NCBI RefSeq assembly: GCF_009914755.1
Contig: NC_060932.1
Origin: the human T2T-CHM13v2.0 reference genome, Homo sapiens
Direction: 5' to 3' (one strand)
DNA length: 64,000 bases
The position numbers were made by a program, and so were the translations under genes. Shown here piece by piece: positions 15,179 to 28,612 of this stretch. The number at the start of each line of letters is the position of its first letter. Position 1 is the stretch's first letter. The notes below the pieces were generated by a model. It saw only the letters and a program-made list of their open reading frames with translations, was not told the DNA's origin and made no database searches.

Positions 15179-16659
15179 ATCCGTGACTATAAACCCCTAA
15201 GGACATGTCTTTGCCATATCACATGTTCCCATTGACCAACAGTTACCAGGGAAGACAGTCATTCAGTCTAATACACTCATCCATTGTTTGCTAAGTGCTA
15301 TGAATACAATTTGGCGCTGCCCTCACAGAGATTATGGAAGAGAAAGATAGGTAAAAAATAAAGTTAGTACCTTTCTGGAGGTTGGTAAAGCAAAACAACA
15401 GATTTATTTTAATTGAAGGGGATCAGGCAAGTCTTCATAGAAATGTCCTAAAAGTCTTTGACTATGAAACAGGTATAACTACTCTAGGGCTCCCTGTCAT
15501 GAATAAGGGATGAGGGCTAGGGTCAAACATCACAACTGGGAGAAAGTGGGACTCTAGACCTGGATGTGCCCCTCTGTAAATGGTGATCCTAAGGGTCAGC
15601 TGAGTGGGAAGGAAGTGATAAAGGCAGTTGTAAGACAGGCAGAAAGTGGCTTCCAGTTAGGTAAGAAAGTATAGCTTCAAGTGGCTAGGCATCAGTTTAT
15701 ACCTGGAAGACTAGAAGATTGACAGGCAGTCAACCACCAAGAAATGTTTACTCACAGAAAATAGACTGATAAGTGGGAGGCAAGGGTTATACTGAATTCC
15801 ATTCCTAGAAGGATAACCTGGACTACCAAGCCAGATGACTAAGCAGGATAGAGTGACCCACAGAATAGGTTCTCATACATAATGAATCAATGAGTAAGGG
15901 TAAAGATCAAAGCATAAGACTTGCCCTATTGACTCAGATAACACAGTAGATGAAGAGGGAGAATAAAAAGAAAGTTGCGTCACTTAGACAATCTAGTTCC
16001 CAAGGGTTGATACTGGAGACGTATATCTGGCTGTTAAGCAAAAGAATTTAAGGAGCAAGGCAGAAGTTTAATCCTAAATCTCATCAGTGGGAACAGACAA
16101 GGTTCCCATTATACTGCAACATTAGCCAGAATTAGGCTAGGACTGAGCCCAGCCAGACTTGGGGAGTTGAGCCTTGGTGGGATATTCAGTGTAGGATCCA
16201 GAATGAAGAGCAGACATAAGGCATTAATTGACAGCGTATCATGCCCCAAGCAAATGATTGAAGAGTGAAAATCGAATCAGTTGGCTGTCCAAAAATTGAC
16301 AGATTGCTGCTGAAGCTTCTTACCTCACTGAATTGACCAACTGTCCGGAGATTTTACCAACACAAGTCCCCAGGAGAAAAGTACAAATATGTGTTTTTGG
16401 AGGCGTTGCTAATTTGAGTGGATTGAGCACCTAACAAGAGGCCATTGGGGTTTCACGGCTAGGGGTCCAATTTGTTAACTTCATTTCCAATGTCTCAGCT
16501 TTAGAAGAAATGGCAGAGAAATAACCGATCCATTCACTGAGGTACATAAGAGGCTGGAGACTTTCAATCAGTTGCCCTGCGATGGGTGATGTTTATGGAA
16601 ACTCATTTGGCTTTCCACTAGGTGTGTAGTGAGTTAACACAGTCAACTAGTATGCAGGG

Positions 16660-17085
16660 TGCCTTCTGCAGGCATCTCCTGATCCACTCTCCACTTTTTA
16701 CCTTCTTTGTGCCCAGGGATAGAGACCTTCATTAGTGGCTTCCTTATTTCAGGGTGATTTCAAGCTAAAGAAGGTGAGAAGAGAGAAAGAGGAAGGTGTA
16801 TTTCCTACTCTAGCTCCCTTCCTGTGGGTTGGCAGTGGGTGACTCCATCCCTCCTACAGAGGTCTCATGTCCTGCCAGACAGAGCATTTTCCAGGTTCCA
16901 GGAATGGCTTCCTTCCCTGGCCGCTTCAGGCCTGGTGGGGCTGTCAGAACTCTCACTTTGAGGGGCTGGCTATCTGTAGTGATTTCCCTAAATTCTGCCC
17001 ACATCTTTGTAAATAGTCTTTATATTAAATACTCCTTGAGTTATTTTAATGGGACATTGATTTCCTTCTCAGGTCCTGATGGGTG
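16660..17085 (+). mobile_element. LTR33-like ERVL solo LTR
   Basis: 3' end gcccacatctttgtaaatagtctttatattaaatactcc...tttccttctcaggtcctga. Confidence 0.7.
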
Positions 17086-17629
17086 AGCTTATGCTATAGG
17101 CTCAGCCACCCTGTGGGCTGGTTCATCCAACTCACTGGGTGGACACCAGCTCCACACTGTCCACACAAGAGCCTGTCCCATCTGGTAAGCATGGCCTTTC
17201 ACAAGGAGTGAGCATAGAAGGGGAAGGGCTTAGTGGAAGTCCATTCCCACCACTCAAAAATGACCTTCATGCACACCTTTCTGAGACTCAATGGCAAAAT
17301 CTTCATGGCTTAATAACAGAAGCTATCATTGCTCAGTGTTTTTCACTCTAAGACTTTCTGCATCTGAATATCCTCAACTATAAAATCTGGGTAATACCAT
17401 GTATCTCACAAGCACAATTTTGATGCAACACCAGGAAGATAGCAGGTGCTGTATTAAATAGATCCGTGTGAGGAGTATGGAAGAAATAGAAAGGATTCCA
17501 GAAATTCATGCTTTTCTGGAATTAAAAGTGTTTGTTTCTTCCACTGGGTGGTAAGGAGAGCCAGATACTCAAAAAAATCTTGATGAGTTTTCTATGCTGC
17601 CAATAAAGAATATTAAAGAGAGTAAAAAT

Positions 17630-17835
17630 GAACAACAGTAATCTTCACCATTATACTGACTACTGCTTATGTGAGGACTCTTTTTTACATACTAATTCTA
17701 AAGACAATCCAATGAGGTACACATTGTCATCGCCATTATGTTGATGTAGACATGGAGGCCATACCAGCCTCAGGTCATTCAGCTCCTAAACAGAGTCAAA
17801 AATCCAACCCAATCTTTTCAGTTCCAAAGCTGGGG
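17630..17835 (-). mobile_element. MIR
   Basis: acaatccaatgaggtac..cgccattatgttgatgtagacatggaggcc..aaggtcattcagct. Confidence 0.6.
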
Positions 17836-17929
17836 CCTGGGGCCTTACCCACTTTCTGGTAACACAAAGGACTCAATCCAGGGAATGTAGTTCCATTTTT
17901 CTTTAATAGGAAATGGAATACTCAGTTAA

Positions 17930-18234
<305 letters not shown>

Positions 18235-21200
18235 TGAAGCAACGGTAGAATGACCACTTCCACGTTACAAGCCCAAAAGCATGGTGAGATTTCCATTGAA
18301 ACCGAGCTGGCTTTTCCTGGCAGTAGATTCAGAGGCCCTGGGTGAGTTTGGAAGGAGGGACACCTGGTGCCTTTGTGTTGTCCTGTCTTCAGCAAATTCT
18401 GGGGTCTCCCACACTGGGGAAGACCTGGCTAACTGCTCGTGCTTGGGTTTCCATGCACTCCTGGCCTTTCCTGCTGGTGAATAATTGAAAAGAGATGAAT
18501 AGCAAATGTCCTCCCAGTGATAATTACTAAATTCTTATGTGAGGAGGGGGATCCCACCCAGGGTTTTACAAATATTGAATTGAGCTCCCTTCATCATTGT
18601 GGGATGTGATTCGAGTCCTCTGTAGCTTCTCGTCACATCTTAGGAAGCCACTCCTGGTCCCCTGTAGCCTGGTGGCTTTGTAGCCCCTGGCAGCCTGAGT
18701 CATACTCCCCAATCAGCAAAGAGGAATGGGAGAGCAGCCACCCAGCCCAGGTGGCCCTCCTTTGCAGTGGGTGGCACATTAGGCCACCTCCAGAGCCCCT
18801 TTCCCTGCCAGTCTCCTCTTCCCCTCAGAGGTACAGACGTCGACAAGGAAGGGTTGAGCACTTGAGCACGCTCTCTGTTTTTATACTTTTGAGTCTTCTT
18901 TTACTGGCTAGGGTCACCCATTCCCATTCAACATGGCGTTTGGACTTGGAACCCGAGATAAATTATTCAGAGCAGCTGACTCCTCAGTGTAAATAATTTA
19001 GCTTAATAAATAAGTCAAAGTCTCCCGTCTCTCCAGTGTCTCTGGTAGCTCGTTCATCTCCTGTCTCCTCCGCTCCTCAAGCTGTACTGCTTCCTGCTGG
19101 GCTTCTCTGGCCTGGTGGCCTTTTACTGTCCTGTCACTATCAGCAGCATTTGGCAAGAGAGAGATGGTTCAAGTGCTTGCTCTGTGTCTTTGCAGTCACT
19201 CTGGAATCATTGAAACCAGCAGCCGATTTGCATGTGCCATGGAGTGCAGTGGGTAGGTGGGGAGGGCTGGGCCAGCTCTGGCTCCCTCCTCTGAGACTGG
19301 GGCAAGTCCCTAGGAGAGAATCGGGTGGGAGTGGGGGAGGGAAGGAAGGACCTGTGGAAAACATATCTGGGGAGAATGTAGGAGATGCTGAGAGACAGGG
19401 CTCTGCCTCTGTAACCTGACCTGGGCAATTAGGAGAGAAAAGAAAGTCATGAAGCTGCCTGGAGACCGGTGTCAAAACTGCATAACATGTGACATTGTAT
19501 CTGGAATCACCAATCCAAGTGCAGTGCTGATACTGGGACGAGTCTTCTCTGAATCATTTTCCTGCTCTCCGCCATAAGAGAGAGGGAAGCGATCTCTTTA
19601 GTGAGGACCTACTGTGTGCAGGTATCAGGGGAGCTGCTAGCACACCTTATTTGTGGGATTACCTCCACACCAGGGCCTGGTGGAACGGGTACACAGACTC
19701 TTCTCTGAGATTGTCTGGGCTTTAGCATGCTGCGATCCAACTCCTTTAGGCTTGGCAGAGATAGACCCAAGAGCACACACATATCCATTGCAAAATAAAA
19801 TAAATATTCCTATTTGAAGAATTCACTGCAGCAGCACTATCCATCCCCTAATAAAATGGCCACATGCTCATATCCTAGAGAGGAAAGAACTACAGTTTCC
19901 CACATTGCACCGTGAGAACTATGGAAAGGAGGAGCAGGCAGAGGCCAGTTCTGGCTGGAAAATTCACCCCTCCACCCAAGAGGACTGTTATCATCAGTGC
20001 AAATCCCAGCCTCACACTGCAATCCAATTAAAGTAATTGTCGCCTAAACAGCCCTTGCAGAAGGGAGCTGCAGCTAAGAGGGGCAGAGGGTGCGGTTCAG
20101 TGTCTTTGAAGGAAACTCGATGGCTCAAAAATGCAAGAAACAATTTCTCTAGATGGAAAATAAATGCAATGAATCTAAGTGCGGCAGGAAATCTTATGAG
20201 AAAATAAGACTTTGGGAGGATTTATTGAAAGACATAATTGCAACAAGTATATTGATTTTACATAGATAAGAAAACAAATTTTGTCAGGGATTGAATTTGG
20301 TTTATTACATTTATTTCCCCACAGAGTTAATGCATTTAAAGACATAGTTTATTTTTCAAATGGAGGAACATTGTTTTCAGAGACCTTTATTAGGTTCCTA
20401 ACATTTCCCTTGACTTTTCTTTCCAAGAAAATTGGTTTATATGTGAAGGTAGGGGGAGGAAAGACCTTGGGGTTCTCGTCTTTCTGGGAGGTTCCGGAAT
20501 GAAAGGCTGTTGGTGCCTCTTAGGTAGGGAAGTTATTTCCTGTTCTGTGTCCTGCCTCCTGCCATAAGAAGAGCCACTGACACTGGAATGTAGAGCAAGA
20601 AGTCAGAACTGTTAACAGCTTGTCACTCTCCCCTTCTACACCCCTGGGTCTAGGTTCAGACCCAAGGGACTGTAGGCTCATGGCCACTTCATCAGTCAAA
20701 AACCTTCTGGGAAGCAGAAACCAGGGGCGCTGGCCTTTGGCTTTCATTTTTAAATCCTTGAACAAATCCTAAAATTTTGTTGATGAGTTGAGGGTTGCAA
20801 TGATTGCTACAATTTGTGAGAGCTTGCAGCTTGTTAAGTACTGGGTTTATCCTTCTACAGTACCATGAGGTACCTCTCATCCCTGTTTTCCAGATGCAAA
20901 TATTGGGCCTACGAGATTAAGAAATTTAACAAATACCTCTGCCTAATTCCAAAGCCTGTGAGTTTCATTTCCCTTCTGTTCAGGGGACTTGAGTTTTATG
21001 CCAGTTCTGTGACAAGATACTCTATGCCTAATTCCCAGTTGTATGCAGTGAAATAATCCAAGGCTAGCCCCTCAAGCCTGTGTCCATGTGCACAGCTGGA
21101 CCTGGGCGGGGAGGGGGAGAAAAGGACACAGGCAGGAAGAGTGGTGACCACCCTTGGCTAGGACCCTGACCCTGATACCTAATGACTCCTTAATGAGACA

Positions 21201-21639
21201 CATTGTCTTGGGCTTGCTCCCCTGAGGGCCACACTGGTGCCATCCTTTTTCCATCCTAATGGAGCTTAGCTGATCCACCTCTGGACCAAGGTCATCCCTG
21301 TTGTGTAGCCAACATTTGATCACAATTGAAGTTAGCACTCAAGAGCATCTTAGAGCTTTACAAAGAGCTTTTGCATGTTCGTAATTAAAAGATAATTTGT
21401 TCTAAAATTTCTAGGGCAGAAATTTTACAGAGGGAGATACTGAGACTCAAAGAAGTTGGGTGCCTTCCCTACACTTAGCCGGTAACCACAAGATCTAAGA
21501 CCAGATCCCAGGTCGCCTAATGAAGTCCAAGCCTTGAAGCAAGGCAGCTGCCTCTTGCCATTCATGTTCCTGCTGATTCCTAGCTGAGCTCCAAGCAGCA
21601 GCCCTGCCCTCCTCTGGGCTTGCAGAGGCACCTGTAAAA

Positions 21640-22190
21640 CACTTCTATCCCTTGTCTGATAGCTTTGGCCATGCAAATTATTCAGAATTAATCCTGTCTG
21701 CTCCTAAATCTCCCTGCAGCTTTTCACAAGTAACTAATACTTGTCTTAATCACTTCCGAGGTACAGCTTTATATGCCACTTGCAACAACACGTTCAATTA
21801 TGATTGATTGGAATTTAAGTTCTGATTTCTCTTAGAACATAATCAGTCCTGAATGGGAAATTTTTACAGTGACAATTAAAATAATGAAAGTGAACTTTAA
21901 ATGACATTCAAACAGTGTCACCTGGGAATAACTCCACAGTGCTGGCCTCCCCGCTGCATTCTGGGAGCTTGGCGATTCCACAGGCCTCTGTCTGGCATGG
22001 CTGTTAATGCATTTGGTGTTGTACAAGGATGAGGGTTAACCTCTCACTGGTGGACCCTTTTAAAACCCACCGCACGTTGCTGCTACTTAATTATGTGTTT
22101 CCCTGAGCTGATTTCTATTTACACCTAAATGGCATGTTAATTGTGCAAATGTGTAAACAGTTACCAAATAACTCCCTCAAGGGAACCTCC
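21640..22190. promoter_or_regulatory. Candidate conserved non-coding element / developmental enhancer
   Basis: Repeat-free; ATGCAAAT 21671, TAATCC 21689, TGATTGAT 21801, TGACA 21870/21902, TGTCACCTG 21916, TGTAAACA 22152 and many TAAT/ATTA. Motif inference only. Confidence 0.45.
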
Positions 22191-23189
22191 CTGCTTTGGA
22201 AATCCTCTGCTATGAAACAGGTAGAGATTAGTAGGGTCTTTCTAAATGATAGACCCAGGACCTTTGAAGGTCACAGATTTGAAAAATCACCTTAATATTG
22301 AGGTCTCCCTTCAAGGAATGGCTCCCCAAACTGGGTCTGGTAAAAATAACACACCCGTCTGGGAGTCTCATCTTCTGTAGATCTTCTCTGCTTCCATGGG
22401 AACATATGAGCTGTGACCTCCTATTATTTTTATCTGAATTCACCAAACACACACAATGAAAGAAAATTCCATTTAAGAAGGGAGAAGATTATGTTAACAT
22501 CTTATACTCTTAGAATGTCTTGTTTTTCCTGCTTGACCTAGGAAAACAGGACACCTATGCCTCTCAAACTGTCCTGGCATTGGAGGCTCCTGAAATCCAG
22601 TCCCATGATATTCTATCCTGAACAAATCACATCAGCCTCTCCATTGACTCTTTGCCTTCCACAAGGCTTTCTTTCATGTCTTGCTTTAATTTATAGTCAT
22701 GCCTTAAACCTGGAATGTCCTCACCCCTTTGGCTTCTCTGTATTGCAGACTACCCATCTTTAAAGTCATTGACACCATCCATGAAAATGTCAGGCCAGCT
22801 CTGCATGCTACTCTCCTTGGATAGCCCTGTACATTGTATTTAACCTAGCACTTTATTAAGAAGTGAGCAGTCATTGTGTTGGGGCCAGAAACTACCTTGA
22901 ATTTTTTTTTATGTTTAATAAAATACGAGTGAGACAGTGATAAAGATGATTAGTGAGATAAACATTTTGGAAGGCAATATTTTCTTGCTTTGTGGAATCT
23001 CTTAAAGCATGTTTTGAGTTCAGTCCCCTTATTTCACAGCTGAAGAGAACTGAGGCTTGGATGTTGTTCCATTGCTTTCTAATGACTTTATTACAAATTA
23101 TTTCCTCCCACTGGGCTGTCAGTAGGAACCATATTTTAGACCTTTCTTATATCTCTCACAGTATCAAGCACAGGTCTCAGGAGGCTGCA

Positions 23190-23610
23190 CCAGCGTCAAT
23201 CAGATCTCATCTGAAAATGAGTAGCATTTTTCGCAAATTTGAGGTGAATTTAATAAGGGGAGAGGTGCAAAGATCTGCAGGTGATTTGAGGAAGCAAATG
23301 GGAAAGCGAAGCATCCCAGGTCTACCAGCTCAGAGGAGCCATTGCAACCTCTGGGCCTGAAGGAACAGGTGGTGGCTGGCAGAACCTTGGAAGGGCAGCT
23401 ATTTGGAGAAGGCCACTCAACAGAAACCATGGCTTTGGTAAAAAGTAAGGGTCAACCAGCAGTGACTCAGCAGGGAGGGAGCCCAGGAAAAAACAAAACA
23501 AAACAAAAAAACAATTTTAATCTGCTCCCAACCTCTAATCTCCTGCTGGTGGCTTCTAATGGCCAAACCCAACAAGGCAGGAGCAGGCAAGGAATAAGGT
23601 GACCATTAGT
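23190..23610 (-). mobile_element. LTR33/LTR41-like ERVL LTR
   Basis: ctctgggcctgaagg; cctctaatctcctgctggtggcttctaatggccaaacccaac. Confidence 0.55.
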
Positions 23611-23859
23611 CCCAGTATGTCAGAAACTCAGAAATTTCTTGAGTTGCAGAACTTTCAGTGCTCCAACTGGTCAAACTGGTACAGATGGACACCTTAGCTA
23701 GACAGTAACTCATCAAGGCTGGTCTCCTAGGCATGCCAGACAAGGTGAAAGGTGAATTTAGAGGTGCAGCCAAAATATATATACTGCAGGACCCCATAAG
23801 TATTTGTAAATTTTTAGTCAGAACTATATCGATCAGTGATATTTGTGAGTCTGTGTTTA

Positions 23860-23939
23860 TTAGGCTGGTGCAAAAGTCATCGTGGTTTTTGCTATTGAAA
23901 GTAATGGCAAACGCTGCAATTGCTTTTGCACCAACCTAA
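23860..23939. mobile_element. MADE1 (Hsmar1-derived MITE), full length
   Basis: 80-bp near-palindrome ttaggctggtgcaaaagt...tgcttttgcaccaacctaa with TA TSDs at 23858-59 and 23940-41. Confidence 0.96.
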
Positions 23940-23959
23940 TATTTCTTCCCAACCTCAAA

Positions 23960-24143
23960 GTCAGCTTAGAGAATATGATAGATAAATAAGACTTTCTGGT
24001 ATCTTAATTTTTACCAGGCCCATGAATAAGTTCTATCCCACTGACTGATTTGTGGTCTGCAAAATCACGAGTGAAGAAAAGACTGTTATTTTAAGCCTCT
24101 AAGTTTTCAGATGCTTTGGATGCAATAAAAACTAACAGATTCA
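23960..24143 (+). mobile_element. MLT1 LTR 3' fragment
   Basis: gttattttaagcctctaagttttcagatgctttgg..gcaataaaaactaacagattca. Confidence 0.55.
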
Positions 24144-24461
24144 CTTGATAACTTTAAAATAGTCTTCATTCCATTATTCTAAAGTGATAACCTGGACTAC
24201 CTCACCTAGACCAGATGCTGTCTGTGAAATTCCCCAGAATCTCACTTTTAAAGGCCATTATTTTCATTACATTAACAGTATTTTTAGATAGACACATGCA
24301 TTCCTTTCTCCTCTATCTAGTTGGTGAACCTCCACTTGGACTGACAACCAGGCTTTCTGAGCATCAAGATAGCTAGCTACTTTGATACACATCATGGGTT
24401 TGACAGCACCCAAGAAGGTTCACACATTAGACAACGCAGAAGTAAAATATAATAGATTTAG

Positions 24462-24499
24462 AATTGATCCTGGAAGATAATTGATCTTGGAAGATAATT
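24462..24499. repeat. 17-bp tandem duplication
   Basis: aattgatc(c/t)tggaagat x2 plus aatt. Confidence 0.9.
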
Positions 24500-24911
24500 T
24501 CTAGTAGATTTCCTTATTGAGGTAGAATCTCCATCTATCTCAAACTGTCTATGTCTAATATTTAGAAACATAACCTCAGTTAGTAATATAACTTCAGTTT
24601 ATTAAAAAGTATATTTTTAAACTTTAAATGTATTTTTCTCTTCAGAATTAACCCAGCTAAATATAAACTTCTAAAATGTCTCATCAATGATTCTGTTACA
24701 TAATAAAATTTTCTAGCCATGGAAAGAAGCAGAGAAAAGGATCTGAAAATCAAGGTATGAAACATTAAATAGAAGCAGATCTTCAAATAATGCAGGTATT
24801 TGTGTTAGTAGCTAAGTTTTTCAAAATAACATACTTCTAATAGAGCCACAAGGGAAATTAGGAAGTATTTTGAACTCACAAGAGAAAAAAGGAGTATGGC
24901 ATGAAATAGAG

Positions 24912-25410
24912 TGTAGCTGGAATAATGGCCTGGCAAAGAGGTCTATGTCTTAATTCTTGAAACCCAGAATACATCGTCTTATGTGATAAAAATAATTTTA
25001 TGGATTAAGTGTATTGTGCTAGAGAGATTATCTTATATCATCCAGCTGGGCCCAATGTAACAACAAAGGACCTTTAAAAGGGAGGCAGAAGGGTCAGAGT
25101 CAGAAAGAGAAGATGTAAGAACAGAAGCAAATATCAGAAGAGAAGAGAAGATGGTAGACCGTTGGCTTCAAAAATGGAGGAAGGGGCTACAGGCCAAGGA
25201 ATGCAGGCGTCTTGTCAAAGCTGGAAATGGCAAGGGAATGAATTATTTACTGGAGTCTCTAGAATGAGTGCTGGCCTGCCTACACTTTGATTTTAGACCA
25301 ATGACACTGATTTCAGATGCTGACCTCCAGAACTGTAAGAAAATAAATTTGTATTGTCTTAAACTACTAAATTTGTGACAGTTACAGCAGCGATAGAAAA
25401 TAAACATACA
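24912..25410 (+). mobile_element. MLT1D-like solo LTR inserted in L1
   Basis: tgtagctggaataatggcc ... ccaaggaatgcaggc ... acctccagaactgtaagaaaataaatttg ... aaacataca. Confidence 0.88.
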
Positions 25411-27902
25411 TGAAAAAGTAAAAAAAATTTGAACTGAACAATAATAAAATGTAACATATTAAAATATGTAGAATCCAGCTAATGTGCTGCTAAGAAGCAA
25501 GTCTGTATTTTAAATTATTTCTGTTAGAAAATAACAGAAGTCTAAAATCACTGATGGAAGTTTTCACCTTAGTAAAATGGAATAAAAAGAGCAAATTGAA
25601 CCAAAGTATGTAGAAGAAGAAGATTATAAAAATTAAAAATTATAGAGTGGAAATCAATGAAATAGAAGAGAGACAAAACTTAGGGAAAAAAACTTAAGAA
25701 ATTTAACTCAGTTATTTGAATTAGGTTAAGAAAGTTAAATATCCCTAAGAAGACAGATCAAGGAAAAAAAATAACAAAATCAGAAATTTAAAAAAGGAAT
25801 ATCACCAAAAAAACTACAAATATTGATAGAATATGGGGACATTATATACAACTGTGTGCTAAAAAAAAGTTAACAAATATGAAAAGTCTTGCTTTAAAAC
25901 AAAACTTACCAAAACTGACAAAAAGAGAGCAACCAGGATAAGCCTAGATCTACAGAGAAATTGAAGTAATAATTTAAAATCCCACAATGAAAATTTCTGG
26001 CCCAACTGGCTATTCTGTAAATTCAAATAAATGTTTTACAAAGAAATACCTGTATTACACAAACTTTTTCACAAAAGCTAGAGGAGGAGTAATTTTCCAA
26101 TTCATTTTATGAGGCCACTGTAATAACAAAACCTCATAAGGGCCTTACAAGAAAATAAAATTAAACACTAATATCCCTTGTGAACATATAGATGAAATAA
26201 AAATTCTTAATTGTTAGCAAATCAACTTGTAGCATTATATAAGAAGTCTAATATATCCAACAAACAGAAAGTTATTCTGAGAATGTCAGGTTAATTTAAT
26301 AGTTGAAAACCAATGAATGTAATTGATCATACCAACAACAAAAAAAGAAGGAAGCACATAAGATCATTTCAATACATGCATAAGTGTACACAAAATGTTC
26401 AACACTCATTTATAATAAATAAAAAATAAAAGGGAATTTCCTCAATTTTATAAAGGACATTTATGAAAAACCTGCAACTATCATCATTTTAATAGAAAAA
26501 TATTAAAAGTGTTTAAGATTAGAAATGAGGCATGATGTTTACTCTTACCAGTTCTATTCAACATATTACTAGAGATCCTATCCAATGAAATTAGGCAAGA
26601 AAAAGTAAAAAGATACAACCATTGTTAAGAAGTAAAATATGCCTTTTGCAGATGACATAATTGTATATACAGAAAATCCAAAAGAATCTTCCAAGAAAAC
26701 AAAACGAATATAAAAACTACTGGATCTAATAAGTAAATTCAGCAACATCTAAGAATACACGATCAATATACAAAAACCAATTATGTTGTATATACTAGCA
26801 ACCTGCAATAGAAAAAATGAAAAATTAACACTATAATAGCATCAAAACCACAAAATTGTTGAAAACGAATTTAAGAAAAGATGTAAAAGACCTCTATAAA
26901 GCAACAAAATGTTGCTGACATAAATTACATACTACTTAAATAATAGAAAGATATACCATGCTCATGAGCTGAATGACACAACATTATGAAAATGTCAGTC
27001 CTCTGCAAATTGATCTGTAGACTCCAAACAGTGCCAAGCGAAATCCTAGAAAATATTTTTATAAAATATTCTGATACTAAAGTTTATATAGAATTTCAAA
27101 ATAACGTTCAAGATATTCATAAAAATGAAACAGCTGGAAGATAAATACTACCTGATTTTAACAATGACTAATAAGCTGTAATAACCATGACAATGAGATA
27201 ATCACATTTGTGTAGGCAAATTGATCAGTAAAACTGAAATAGATTCATGCATAAGAGGTCAAATTATTTTTAACAAAAGTGATGATTCAATTCGATGGGG
27301 AAAAATGTCTTTTTATTGAACAGTTCTAGGTCAACTTGATACCTATATAAGAAAAAAATGAGTTTGACCTAGACCTCACATTATACAAAAAAATTAACTG
27401 GAGATGGATTATAGACAGATTATGTAAAGACAAAAACTATCTCCAGACAAAAACACAGGATAATAATTTTGTAACCTAGGGGTAGCCAAAGATTCCTCAG
27501 AATAATAAAAGCTCTTAAAAGAAAAATAAAACAATTAACTAAATTTTGTCAAAATTAACTTTTTCTCAACAAAAATGACAATTAAAAAATGAAAGGAAAA
27601 ACAAAACAAAAACAAAAAAAGGAAGCCATAGACTAGGAGGAAAAAAAATAGTAATATAGACCTTTTATTTAGAATATATAAAACAATCCTACAAATCAAT
27701 AATAAAAAGATAATTAAAACAGAGAAAAGATACAAAAAAACTTGTATACACAAATAGAATATAGAAAAATCTTATTTATACTATTAGTACATACAAAAGT
27801 ATATACTATTAATAAGCACATAAAAAGATGCTCAACATTTTTAATCACCAGTGAAATGAAAATTAAAAGTCAAAATGAGATTCTACTACACACTTGCTAA
27901 CA

Positions 27903-28612
27903 TGAGAGACTTTAATACCCCACTGACCACATTAGATAGATCATTGAGACAGAAAATTAACAAAGATGTTCAGGACCTGAACTCAGTACTAGATCAAATG
28001 GACTTGATAGACACCCACAGAACTTTCCACCCCCAAACAACAGAATATGCATTCTTTTCATTGCCACAGGGCACATACTGTAAAATTGATGACATCATGG
28101 GAAGTAAAATGCCCCTTGGCAAATACAGAAGAACTGGAATAATAATAACCTGTCGGACCACAGAGCAATCAAATTGGAAATCAAGACTAAGAAATGTACT
28201 CAAAACCACAGAATTACATTGAAATTGAATAACTTGCTCCTGAATAACTTTTAGGTAAATAATGAAATTAAGGTAGAAATCAAGAAGTTATTTGAAACTA
28301 ATGAGAACAAAGATACAACATACCAGAATCTTTGGGACACAGCTAAGGCAGTATTAAGGGGGAAATTTATAGAACTAAATGCCCACATCAAAAAGTTAGA
28401 TCTCAAATTAATAATCTAACATCACAACTAAAAGAACTAGAGAACTAAGAGCAAACAAATCCCAATGCTAGCAGAACACAAAATAACCAAAATCAGAGCT
28501 GAGCTGAAGGAGATTGAGACATGAAAAGACATTCAAAAGATTAACAAGTCCAGAAGCTTGGTTTTGTTTTTTGGTTTTTTTGTTTTTGTTTTTGTTTTTG
28601 ATAAAATTAATA
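27903..28612 (+). mobile_element. Internal fragment of a younger primate L1 (L1PA/PB-age) ORF2 endonuclease region, no tail or TSD
   Basis: Translates DFNTPLTTLDRSLRQKINKD...YAFFS..GTYCKIDDI (L1 EN domain); much less diverged than the host L1; (gttttt)n expansion at 28560-28600. Confidence 0.88.

Noticed and set aside
27875-28222. ORF with an endonuclease motif as a functional gene
   Set aside because: It is a partial L1 EN domain with a frameshift and loss of the conserved His; a fossil, reported only as a rearrangement.
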